Shown piece by piece: positions 46,210-56,234 of a stretch of 64,000 nucleotides of DNA (positions are counted from its first letter, which is position 1; each line of letters begins with the position of its first letter). Position numbers and translations under genes: made by a program. The notes under the pieces were generated by a model. The model did not search any database. It had not been told where the DNA came from and saw nothing but the letters and a program-made list of their open reading frames with translations. Source of the DNA: a virus; the IMG/VR virus record IMGVR_UViG_3300025121_000776, positions 122,856 through 186,855 of that record, one strand, 5' to 3'.

Positions 46210-47118
46210 ATGAAGAGTACAAATTATAATAAAGTAAAAAAAGTAAACGTTTCCACAATAAAAACTGGAAATGCGAACTTTGATGATTTTTTAAGTAGCG
46301 GAGGGGGATTCGTTGTTGGAAGCGCTATTTTTCTTACAGGTACAGCAGGTGCAGGAAAAACCACCCTTTCAGTTGTTCTTCAGAAAATGCTCGCCAAATA
46401 TAAATCATCTTTATATTCAAGAGAAATGAGTTCGGCCAGTGTTATTGCACAAGTAAATAAAAGATATCCTGTTAAACATAATAATGCATTTATTGCTGAT
46501 GGGGATGATTGTAAACATATTGACGACTATATAAAAGAACTTGATGAAATTAAGCCAGCTGTTGTAATTATTGATTCATTACAAGTAATTGCTATGGTTG
46601 ATTGTGGAGATACCCCCAAAGAAGAATTTATGTTTAATGTAATTCAAAAATTAAGAAATTGGGCAGATAAAAATCACGCCGTCCTTATTGTAATCGGTCA
46701 CGTTAATAAAGATGGAAGTTTTGAGGGAAAAAATACAATTGAACATATGTTTGATGCACATCTGAGAATGATTTATGATGAGAAAGCTGATTCAAGAACA
46801 TTATCATGGACAAAAAATAGAAAAGGTCCATCAAGCAAAAAATTGTTTTATGAATTTGGCGATGGAGTTATGAATTTCTACACCCCACAGCAACATGAAA
46901 AAATAAAGAATAAAAAAGGATTTGAAGATTTTCTTACTTCAGCTGTGGTAGACTTCTTAAAGTCGTTGGATAAAACCGCTCCAAACTATAAAAAGTTTAA
47001 AACTGAAATATCGTCTTTGTGTGATGATATATTTGCAATGAATATATCCATTATCCAGAAGATTTCAAAGTATATCGCTTCTGTAAATGAAACTGCTGAA
47101 AAATATAATTTAAAATAA
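46210..47118 (+). CDS. RadA/Sms-like RecA-fold ATPase
   Basis: GTAGAGKTT, IIDSLQ, GHVNKDGSFEGKNTIEHMFDAHL. Confidence 0.82.
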   Translation: MKSTNYNKVKKVNVSTIKTGNANFDDFLSSGGGFVVGSAIFLTGTAGAGKTTLSVVLQKMLAKYKSSLYSREMSSASVIAQVNKRYPVKHNNAFIADGDDCKHIDDYIKELDEIKPAVVIIDSLQVIAMVDCGDTPKEEFMFNVIQKLRNWADKNHAVLIVIGHVNKDGSFEGKNTIEHMFDAHLRMIYDEKADSRTLSWTKNRKGPSSKKLFYEFGDGVMNFYTPQQHEKIKNKKGFEDFLTSAVVDFLKSLDKTAPNYKKFKTEISSLCDDIFAMNISIIQKISKYIASVNETAEKYNLK

Positions 47119-47454
47119 TTATGACAAAAGAGGCCAAGGGGGAATTTTAATTCTCCTTTTTTTTTCATATTTACTGATAAATTAACCCCCAGTAAAAATA
47201 TGAATGCAAAAGAAACCTTTAAAGAAATGTTGAGTCTTTGTTATGAAGAAGAAGATTTTATAGAATTACATAAAGAACTTGTATCGCTGGCAGCATCAAC
47301 AAAAAAAAGTAGAGACTATGAAAAAGGTATGGAAGACGTTCTTACAACAATCCCCCTCTTCTCAGATGGATTTCCTTCAGATGTTTTTTCAACCATTGAA
47401 AATTTATACCAGGAATTTATTGAAAATGAATAAAAAAATTTGTACATTTGTAGT

Positions 47455-48012
47455 ATGAAAAAAATTGGTTTTAGTTTTATCTCACAATTAATCTTTGGGC
47501 TTGCAGGAGCTGGCCTTATGATTGGGGGTGCTATTATGTCTGTAGCATCTTTTTTAACTTCAGAAATATCCTTGTTTCATGGCGTAGTTCTTATCTCATT
47601 GGGAATTATCATACTCTGTTGTGTTAAATTATATTTTACTTTTCTCGAAACAATAAATATAGCCGCAGATGGTATTGAAAAAATAACAAATGCTACAGAA
47701 AATTATAAAAGCAATAACGGTAGAATCTATCGCCCCCAAGATTATTTTGCAACACCAGATGTACATCATATCACCATTGATGAAAATACACCCCCAGATG
47801 AAATACAAAAAATAAAAGAAAATTTCCCAGATATTGCAGATAGCATTGACAATTTAGTCGGATTGGCAAAAAACATAAAACAAACAGAAAGCCCCCCACT
47901 TTATATAAAAATGATGTCTATGTCCCAACTTGAAAAAGAATTAAAAGAAGCTGTTGCCGCAGAAAATTACGAAAGAGCTACAGCTATAAGAAATGAAATA
48001 AAAAGCAGGTAA
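47455..48012 (+). CDS. Membrane protein with C-terminal UvrB/UvrC motif
   Basis: Two TM helices; LEKELKEAVAAENYERATAIRNEI. Confidence 0.7.
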   Translation: MKKIGFSFISQLIFGLAGAGLMIGGAIMSVASFLTSEISLFHGVVLISLGIIILCCVKLYFTFLETINIAADGIEKITNATENYKSNNGRIYRPQDYFATPDVHHITIDENTPPDEIQKIKENFPDIADSIDNLVGLAKNIKQTESPPLYIKMMSMSQLEKELKEAVAAENYERATAIRNEIKSR

Positions 48013-48994
48013 AATTGAAACTTTTTGTTTTTTATTTCGTATAATATAGCCTCATACACTCATTTTAATTAAAGTGCTCTTAAATGCTTGGCTTTAATTA
48101 AAATATACAGAAATTCCCCAGAATGAAAGTTTTGGGGGATTTTACCCCTTTTTTAAAAAAGTTTCTTTATATGTTTAAATAAAAAAATATGGAAGATATA
48201 ATCGTATTGTCAAAAGGTGAGTCTATAAAATTTCTGGATTATACAATAAAGAACAGCCTTAATAATGATGGTTTGGTTCTTTTTAAAGATTCTAAAGATG
48301 GAGGTAAACTTCATGAATGTCACTTGGGAAATTATGGAATAGGAACTCAAGAAAATATTGACTTTTGCAAAAAAGATGCCATTCTACATTTTATGATTGC
48401 AAGGCCAGATGTTTTTGCTGAGACATTGGTTCGCAAAATGAGAAAATTAAACAGCGGTTCAATGCATGAATTCTATGCTCTCAAAGAAGCTTGTTTTAAA
48501 GAAAGCATTGAGCTTCCCAAAGAAATTACAGCAAGCAATGATATGAATGCAATGATTTTATTTAAAGGCCAATCCCTCGCTGAAGAGCCTAAAAAAGAAG
48601 TGGTTTTATTTTCAGAAGATTATATAAAACAACTTGAACATAATTTTAATATTCTCGTAGATAATCTTAAAAAATTAAATAAAAATGAATAAGAAAAAAT
48701 TGTATCTTATCTTAACCTACACCTTTGCAGCTATCGGAATAATCTTGGTGATTATTTCTGATATTATTTCAAATCACACCCTATTCTTAATAGCCACTGG
48801 ATTTATAGCTTTTGAGTATTTCTTCTTTGCAGCAATGCTCTGGCAAATTGAAAAGCAACTCTATGAATGTATAGAATGTGGAACAAAATACCAATTACAT
48901 GAATTGATAATGTCTGATAATGGTTGGGACTACACATACAGTTGTAAAAACTGTGGAGATATTATGGAAAGTAATGGTAAGTATTATTGGTAAA

Positions 48995-49477
48995 ATGAAG
49001 CAGGTCTCCAGAAAAACTAGAAATGGGGGAACCATCATTTCAGATTTTATCGCAGAGGATACCTCTCCCCATATAAAATCCCTGGGAGCTGCCATCCTTC
49101 TCCGTGAAGAATTGCGCCTCCAGGACGTAGATTTCCTTGCAGATGGGGGCTTAGCTATGTGGTTAGAGTTTCGTGAAATTTATCTTAAGAAAGTTCTGGC
49201 CAAAGAAGGAGATTTGGTCTGTGTCTATTGCGGAAAACCCCACCTGGAAATTGGGGGAAGAACCCCCGCAGAACTACAACTTAATAATAAGAATAAAAAT
49301 CTGGCCACCATTGACCATATTATTCCGCTATCAAGCGAGGGGGAAAAATATAATGAAGATAACCTCTGTGTCGCCTGTAAGAAATGTAATGGAAAAAAAG
49401 GAGCCAAATCTGTAACCGCTTTTATAGCCCCCAAAACTAAAGCAAAATATAGAATTCCCGTATATGCTTTTGTATAA
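48995..49477 (+). CDS. HNH endonuclease
   Basis: CVYCG, TIDHIIP, NLCVACKKCNGKKG. Confidence 0.85.
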   Translation: MKQVSRKTRNGGTIISDFIAEDTSPHIKSLGAAILLREELRLQDVDFLADGGLAMWLEFREIYLKKVLAKEGDLVCVYCGKPHLEIGGRTPAELQLNNKNKNLATIDHIIPLSSEGEKYNEDNLCVACKKCNGKKGAKSVTAFIAPKTKAKYRIPVYAFV

Positions 49478-50763
49478 TTTAAAATATTTTATCTTAAAGT
49501 TGTAACCTTTTTAAATTTATTGCGTATAACTAAGAGAAAAGGTATTTAGCCATAAATACTGTTTTTATTTTATTAAGAAGCTCCAAGACTTGTCCCCCTG
49601 GAGCTTCTTCGTTTTTGTGGCTCACTTATAGTTAATATATGAGCCAGAAACAAACAAACCTTGAGCTTATAACTAATATATTATCTATTTTCGTACACCT
49701 CTCCCCAAATCCCCCTGTGACTTTTTAAAATTTCAGTATTTGTTTTTTGTATAGATAAACGAATGTTTTTCGATTATCTGTACTTTTATATAAAGAAACT
49801 TCTTGAAAAAAGGGGGATATTTTCAGTAACAAAAAAAGTAACTTCTCCCCAAAATTTACGTATAATATAGTTTAAGGGGAATTCCCCACAAACTTATTTT
49901 AAAAAATATTTTATAACATTAAACAAAAGTAATTATGAGATGGTAATTAAAGATTAAGTTTTTCATCAGCGAAAGCAGGCTCCCCCTGGATGAAGAAATT
50001 CTTTTGGTGGGGGCTTATCTGCATTCGTAATTATTGGGGGTGAAAAACCCCCCAGCTAAACTATAACTTTTTTTATATAAAAAGTGACTAGTTTTTGAAA
50101 GGCAAGTTACGCCCCAGAAACTTTATATAAAATAGTATTAAAAATATATAATTTTAGAAAGGTTTTTGTAACCCCCTGGGATTACATCTGAGTAGAGTTA
50201 GAATGGGGGGAAAACTTATGCCCCACATCTTACCACCAGAAAATATTTATTTAATACTTTTGAATTTAAAAATACGTGTGCCACTGAAAAAATGTAATAG
50301 AAAATATAATAAGTTGTCTAAAATTTAAAAAAATAGGGGGTGAATAGGATGGAGACTGAGGGGCACACAAAATTCAAACCCTCCCGATTCGAAAAAATAA
50401 CCTTCATAGAAAAGCCATTTATTTCTAACTTTACATTTATCCCCCTCGCTAAAAATCAGTTAGTTGCATTTTTAAAAGACGAAAAAGTGGGACATTGTGG
50501 GATAAAGTAGGAGACTTTTTCATGCTCAAAAACGGGTAACTCTCCCCCCAATTAAATACGCAATATCTCCCCAGAAATACACCCTCATTTGCACCCCAAT
50601 TACTCCCTCAATTACTCCCTCATTTTTTGTAACAATTAAGGTATAAATAAATTTCATATTTTGTCGCATAAATCGCAAACATCTGCGACAGAAATTTTAC
50701 ACTTCTCCCTGAAAGTCTGCGGGATTAAATAGGATAGTTTAGCGGAGGGGGTCTGGCGGATTT
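49478..50763. other. 1.3-kb non-coding region at the convergent strand switch
   Basis: No ORF of 60 aa or more; several hairpins; two class-2 promoters (49501, 49837). Confidence 0.75.
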
Positions 50764-51531
50764 TTATACATGGAAACTCTCCCCACAATCATACAATTTT
50801 AAAAGTGGTAATTCTCCCTTATTCCAATCTACTTTATCTCTTTTGACTACTTGGTTAATATAACTATCTAAAGGCTGTAGATTGGTGTAGTGATTCAGCC
50901 GTATAATATCTTCTAGTGTTTTGGCTGAAGCCATTGGAATTATATGGTCAATTTGCCAATGAATTTTTGGAGTTCCTGTATATGTTCCATGATTATTCCA
51001 ATTCATCCATTCTTCAAATTGATTTTCTATATACAGTTTAAATTCTTCAAAAGTACAACCAAGTATATTTTCTGTTCTCCCATTTTTTTTGTATCCCCTG
51101 TTTTTAAGTACCTGATATATTATACCTCTTATTTTATGTGTAATTTTATATAAGGGGTCAGATTTAAATTTTTGATTGCGTTTAAAATTCCTATCACTTT
51201 TATTTATTGGATGATTTATTCGATATTGTCTACTACATTCTTTTAATTTTTCTTTATTTTGCTCATTCCATTTTTTAGAACTTTTGTTTTCTTTTTCTTT
51301 ATTTTTTAAATACTCTTCTCTACGTTTTTCTTTATTGTATACAGGTTTATGTTTTTTTTGATATTCCTTTAACTTTTCTATATTATTTTCTCTCCACTTT
51401 TTCTTTTGCTCTTTATATTCGCCACTTCTACAATCTTTACAAATATATTGAAGTCCGTCTTTGTTTTTTTTATTTTTACCAAATTTTACAAGTGGTTTTG
51501 GAGTTTTACATTTACTACATATTTTTCCCAT
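50764..51531 (-). CDS. HNH-type endonuclease with N-terminal Zn-ribbon
   Basis: CSKCK...CKDC; WQIDHIIPM...LNHYTNLQPL. Confidence 0.8.
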   Translation of the reverse strand: MGKICSKCKTPKPLVKFGKNKKNKDGLQYICKDCRSGEYKEQKKKWRENNIEKLKEYQKKHKPVYNKEKRREEYLKNKEKENKSSKKWNEQNKEKLKECSRQYRINHPINKSDRNFKRNQKFKSDPLYKITHKIRGIIYQVLKNRGYKKNGRTENILGCTFEEFKLYIENQFEEWMNWNNHGTYTGTPKIHWQIDHIIPMASAKTLEDIIRLNHYTNLQPLDSYINQVVKRDKVDWNKGELPLLKLYDCGESFHV

Positions 51532-51532
51532 T

Positions 51533-51697
51533 TCAAACTCCTTTCTTATTAAGTTCGAAATGTTCCTTTAGGAGCCACTCAATAAGTTTAGACTTATTGG
51601 ATATACCAAACTCTTCAAAGTAATTGTAATTGGTCTTAGAGATTGTAATAGACAGTCTGTCTTTCTTTTTTTCTTGTACAACTTTCTTTCTTCCCAT
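51533..51697 (-). CDS. Small RHH-like protein (type B paralogue)
   Basis: Hand-translated MGRKKVVQ...LSITISK...NKSKLIEWLL; the ORF track shows a different frame here. Confidence 0.7.
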   Translation of the reverse strand: MGRKKVVQEKKKDRLSITISKTNYNYFEEFGISNKSKLIEWLLKEHFELNKKGV

Positions 51698-51796
51698 AGC
51701 TTTATGATTTTTATGTTTATCATAAATAGGAAGAAAAAAATAAAAATCATATCAACATGAAAAATATATTTATATAGACCTTCGGTCTTGGGCTTT

Positions 51797-52066
51797 TTAT
51801 TCTTCTGGGGACTTTTCTTCTTTATGTAAAGAAGTGGGAGAATCTGAAATTAATCTCTTTGCAGTTTTTGATAAGATTTCATAATCTTTCCCTTCCATAG
51901 GAGTTCCCCCAAATGGACATGTGGAAACACTTTGAATTTTTACTTGTGGTGCAAAGTATTTTGTCAAGAGGTCATCAATTAACTTTGACTTGTTATAATG
52001 GCCATCCTCCAGTTTTTGTAAAATTTCTGGAGAAAGCGAGATTGTTATTGATTCCTGGGGTTCCAT
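51797..52066 (-). CDS. RHH-like protein (type A paralogue)
   Basis: ITISLSPEILQKLEDGHYNKSKLIDDLLTKYF. Confidence 0.7.
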   Translation of the reverse strand: MEPQESITISLSPEILQKLEDGHYNKSKLIDDLLTKYFAPQVKIQSVSTCPFGGTPMEGKDYEILSKTAKRLISDSPTSLHKEEKSPEE

Positions 52067-52327
52067 TTTAACGCTCTATTCTGGAATTAATAATTTCTGA
52101 AGCATATTTTTTTTCATATTCAGAAAATTCTTTGTGGACTAAAACTTTGTTTTTCAATTCATTTAATTGAGTAATACGCAAACTCACAGGTGTATCATTA
52201 ATATACTTATCTAAGTCAGCCCCAAAACCTTCAATTAAACTAAACTGATTTTGATATCCTAAAATTTTGTCTATTATGTAATCTGTATCCATAATTTGAT
52301 TTTTATAAAATTGCATTAGTGCAATTC

Positions 52328-52368
52328 TATGCAAAATTACAAAAAAGTTTCATTAAAAGCAAGAAATT
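52328..52368 (-). promoter_or_regulatory. Bacteroidota-type TAnnTTTG promoter, duplicated at 63461-63501
   Basis: Minus strand TTGC...TAATTTTGC; about 40-bp near-identical copy; similar -7 boxes near 41627, 47445, 54705, 56290, 63537. Confidence 0.7.
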
Positions 52369-53208
52369 TTTAATATATTTTCTTAGAGACCTTCGGTCTT
52401 TGGCCTTTTTATTTCTATAGTGGAACAATTATTTTTAAGCCGACTCTATCAACCTTAATAATGACGAAGTTTCAATATCGTAATAAATATGATGTGTTGC
52501 TCCATATGAACCACCAGAGCCATAATAAGCCATCCAGCGAGGGCTATCGTCATTATCTCTACTATAGAACAGTTCAAGTGGACTTTTGCCATGTTGCTTT
52601 GTAAAATAGTCCCATGCTTTTCTTGCATTACCTCTCAATGGTCTTTCAGTGTATACTTTCATATATCAACAACTGCTTATTTTAATTATTATACGAAACT
52701 TTCCCCATATAAGTTTCATTTCTCTATGGGGGATTTTGGCTATTATAATCCTAATATTTTTTTAATTATTTCATTAGTTGCCTCCAATAAATCTTCTAAT
52801 GGTTTTATTTGAGCTTCATCGTGGCATTTTAAAATTTCCTGTGCAACTCTTTGTCGATATCCCATGTGTTGATATAAACCTGGCATTGTTCTGTTCGCAT
52901 CAAACCCCGCAGCTATACGTAGGTTGTTTAATTTTTCTTCCATTGATTGTTCCATGTTGTTTATTTTTAATTACAATGCTATAAATGACCTCCAGGTAAT
53001 ATTGGGATATTGTTTTTCAAACGTTGCAATTGCTAATTCGTTATTTTTTTCAGAAACTTCTACAATTTGAAATTGCATTTTTCCAAACTTATCTTTGTAG
53101 AAGAATTTATATTGTACAGTTAACATTTTTTTCATCATTACTGGAGTAATTTAAATTGAGTTATACAAATCATCTTGTTTTCCATATGTATGACATAACT
53201 TCATTAGA

Positions 53209-54225
53209 TTAATCGTATTCGTTAAAGTTCTCTCCTATTAAGGCAAAAATTGCATCATCACTTAAACCATCTAAAAAATGAAAATCAGTATTCTCTGTAA
53301 GTTTATTTTTTGTTAAATGATTTACAACGCCCTTAGCATCTTTAAATAATTCATCTGCATTCTTTCTAAATTGATTTGCCCAGAATTGAAAAAACTTTTC
53401 TGGGTTGGTAGAATAATGGACGTTGTCTTCTTCAAGGTTTTTTTTAATTATTTCTTGAGTTAATAATTGATTGAAATATTTTACAAACTGTTTCTTTTCG
53501 TCTATGGAAATTGAAGATAAATCGTTTAAGACAAATTTATACATTCTTTGAAAATCTTTAAATGGAGCCATCTCTCCAAGTTTAATAATCATTTCATCTT
53601 TTGACAATCCTTTTAGCTTTCTGGACTCTATGTGTAGCATGTGAATCCTTGCGTTTCTCTCCTCTGGCAAATTAAGGTAAAACACATCCATAAATTCCTT
53701 TAGTAAAGGATTGCTGTTTATAAACCCTGGATAACTTAATTTCAACCTTCTATATACGGAATTTAAAATTTTTGTTTTACTCTTTTTATTCAATCTTATG
53801 GCAGCATCAAAAACATGGTGTAATTCATGGGCAAAAACATCCTGTATTTGTTCTGATAAATCTATTTTAAAGTCCCAATTATATATTTTTATATCTATGC
53901 TAGAATCATATTTAATTACATTATCAACTGTTTTCTGAAATACTTTGCCTGTGAATGCCCCAGAAACATAGTTTTCTTTATACTCTTTGTTATGCTTATA
54001 ATTATATACACATACAGCCAATTCGTTTATTAAAATATTGTTTGATAAATCGAAATTATAAGCGGCATTGCAAAACCAGTTTACTTTTTGTGCGTCATTA
54101 ACAAACTCATCTATGTTGGTTTTTATTTTATTCATAAAAAATTTAGATAAATTTTTGGAAATTTCTTCTATTTCTATTACAGCGTGAACCTCTTCATGTA
54201 TTATTTTTCTAATTTTATCTTTCAT
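53209..54225 (-). CDS. Hypothetical protein with HExxH zincin-like motif, probable virion protein
   Basis: FAHELHH; N-terminal KIRKIIHEEV. Confidence 0.55.
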   Translation of the reverse strand: MKDKIRKIIHEEVHAVIEIEEISKNLSKFFMNKIKTNIDEFVNDAQKVNWFCNAAYNFDLSNNILINELAVCVYNYKHNKEYKENYVSGAFTGKVFQKTVDNVIKYDSSIDIKIYNWDFKIDLSEQIQDVFAHELHHVFDAAIRLNKKSKTKILNSVYRRLKLSYPGFINSNPLLKEFMDVFYLNLPEERNARIHMLHIESRKLKGLSKDEMIIKLGEMAPFKDFQRMYKFVLNDLSSISIDEKKQFVKYFNQLLTQEIIKKNLEEDNVHYSTNPEKFFQFWANQFRKNADELFKDAKGVVNHLTKNKLTENTDFHFLDGLSDDAIFALIGENFNEYD

Positions 54226-54797
54226 TTTAAATTTATTTTTATTTATAAAAACGAAAAAAACGCTTTTTAAACCGTTCTTATTTTTCAGTGTCTAATCCTT
54301 GTGTGGTCATATAATTGTTTTTTTTGTTATTGTTTGGAATTATATCTTATTTTAATTGATTATATAATGATTTTTCTACTCCTTCTTTTCCATGCAATTT
54401 CACAGCATTATCCATTGTTAGTTTAAATAGTGTTTCTCTATTTTTAAAAGAATCTCTCAAATGGGATGACTGTGTTATAAGGGCAATTAATATTCCTTGC
54501 GGAAGAGATTTATTCGTTGCTGTTAAAAATATTTGGTCACAACATTCTATATTTTCTTGACTTGGAACATCTAATAAATCCCACATCATTTCAATTGTTT
54601 TAGAAATTGATGTATATTTTTTCCCTTCGCCAATCAAATGTTCTATTTCTAAAAAAAAATCTTCTGCAAATGATTGATTATTCATATAATTGTTTTTATT
54701 ATATGCAAAGGTATAAAAAGTTTTGATAAAAACAAAAATCCCCACAGCTTTTATTTATTGTGGGGATTTTCTTATACTAATAATGATACTATAATTA

Positions 54798-56234
54798 TTA
54801 TTTTTCAAACCATTTATAATTGTCAACTACTTCTATTATCCAATCACCATTACCTTCAAGTTCTTTGGCCTTAACTTCATCAGTAGTTACAACAGTTTCC
54901 CCAACTAACCCAGGTTTAGGAGTACACACAAAAGTTTTTGAGTTGACATTTTCTAATTCAGCAATACATTTATCAAGATATTCTTGGCCAGAGGGATTTA
55001 ATCCTGTTTTCAATTTTCTAAGTTTCTCTGATAAAGTAAGTTTATTAAGATTATCGATAATTATATAATCTGGAAATTCTTCGGTTGAGTTGTTTAGTTC
55101 AGTAATACATTTGTCAAGATAATCTTGATTTGCGGCTGGTCTGCCAGATTTCAATTGCTCAAATATTTCAGATAAATTAAATTTTGAAGGTGAATTCATT
55201 ATTTCTCTGTATCTTTCAGCTCTTTGTTGCCCAATGGATTTTTTGCTTGGAAATTTACCAATCTGTGTTAAATAATTGCCAGATAATTTAAAATCATTTG
55301 CTTGGCTCCATTCAGTAGTAACAATAATTTTTCCATCTGTACCAGTACTTGTTAAAACATAACATTCATCAGCTTCTAATGGGCGCAATGTTCCTTCATC
55401 ACAAACAGGTTCTAGTTCTTGGAACTCACACCATCTTCCGTGTCCTTTGGGAATTTTTGGGAAATTACATACAATAACATCATGAATTTTATCAGTAAAC
55501 CATATCATATAACTATTAGTTGGTTTATTGAAGGCTATTACTTTTCCCTCTTTATTTAAAGCTGGTGGATAATCTCCTCCTATACATTTCACCATTGAAT
55601 CGGTTTCGAACACCTGTTCAATTTGGCAAAAGTCTTCAACGCAAACACTATCTATATCGTATACTGTAGTATAATCGACATCCATTTCAGCATTTGGGTC
55701 TGACGGGCTTGATACTGGGACATGCAAATCGTACCTAACCTTGCTTTTTGTAAATTTAACTGCTTTAACAAGGCAATGCTCAATTTTATTCCCATTAAAG
55801 AAATTTAAATTTACCATTTCATCAATTGCATATCTGGAAGGATAAAGCGTATGAAGCTTTTTTGGAATTCCGCCCATATAATTGGTACATGACCAATTGA
55901 GAGTGTTATCTAATTTAGAATCTTCAACAACTTCTTCGTTGTAAATTGCAAATCTAATATGCCCTTCAAAGAGGCTTGTTTTGGAAATATACAAATGAGT
56001 AAATTTTCCATACGTATCTTCAAGTTTTTTAAATCCTTCGAGAGAAATGATGCTTAAATCTAAACTTCTGTAAGGAGAATTTTCTTTGGTAATTCTACCT
56101 TCTTTGTCAATAGAAACAGGACACCAGTTTACATACTCTACTTTAACTCCGTTTTCTACAAATTTTTGAATTTGTTCTTCAATTTGTTTTTTTATTGGTT
56201 TTTTCATGCTGTTCTTTGGCTGCCTATACGCCAA
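54798..56234 (-). CDS. Large hypothetical protein with internal duplication
   Basis: QDYLDKCITEL and QEYLDKCIAEL; flanked by near-identical terminators at 54733 and 56335. Confidence 0.65.
   Translation of the reverse strand: MAYRQPKNSMKKPIKKQIEEQIQKFVENGVKVEYVNWCPVSIDKEGRITKENSPYRSLDLSIISLEGFKKLEDTYGKFTHLYISKTSLFEGHIRFAIYNEEVVEDSKLDNTLNWSCTNYMGGIPKKLHTLYPSRYAIDEMVNLNFFNGNKIEHCLVKAVKFTKSKVRYDLHVPVSSPSDPNAEMDVDYTTVYDIDSVCVEDFCQIEQVFETDSMVKCIGGDYPPALNKEGKVIAFNKPTNSYMIWFTDKIHDVIVCNFPKIPKGHGRWCEFQELEPVCDEGTLRPLEADECYVLTSTGTDGKIIVTTEWSQANDFKLSGNYLTQIGKFPSKKSIGQQRAERYREIMNSPSKFNLSEIFEQLKSGRPAANQDYLDKCITELNNSTEEFPDYIIIDNLNKLTLSEKLRKLKTGLNPSGQEYLDKCIAELENVNSKTFVCTPKPGLVGETVVTTDEVKAKELEGNGDWIIEVVDNYKWFEK

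Larger units (their letters stand above)
16887..48180 (+). promoter_or_regulatory. About 50 copies of a terminator/promoter module: (AAGGGG..)CCCC-N16-CTTTATA(TGTTTATAACCAA)
   Basis: Found upstream of nearly every gene or short operon (e.g. 17808, 18890, 19891, 22755, 26016, 31688, 37222, 42474, 45620, 48146); 16-nt spacer counted at four sites; all on the + strand. Confidence 0.85.

Noticed and set aside
16887-48180. CRISPR array
   Set aside because: The repeats are degenerate, separated by whole genes of variable length, and no cas genes are present; they fit promoters/terminators better.
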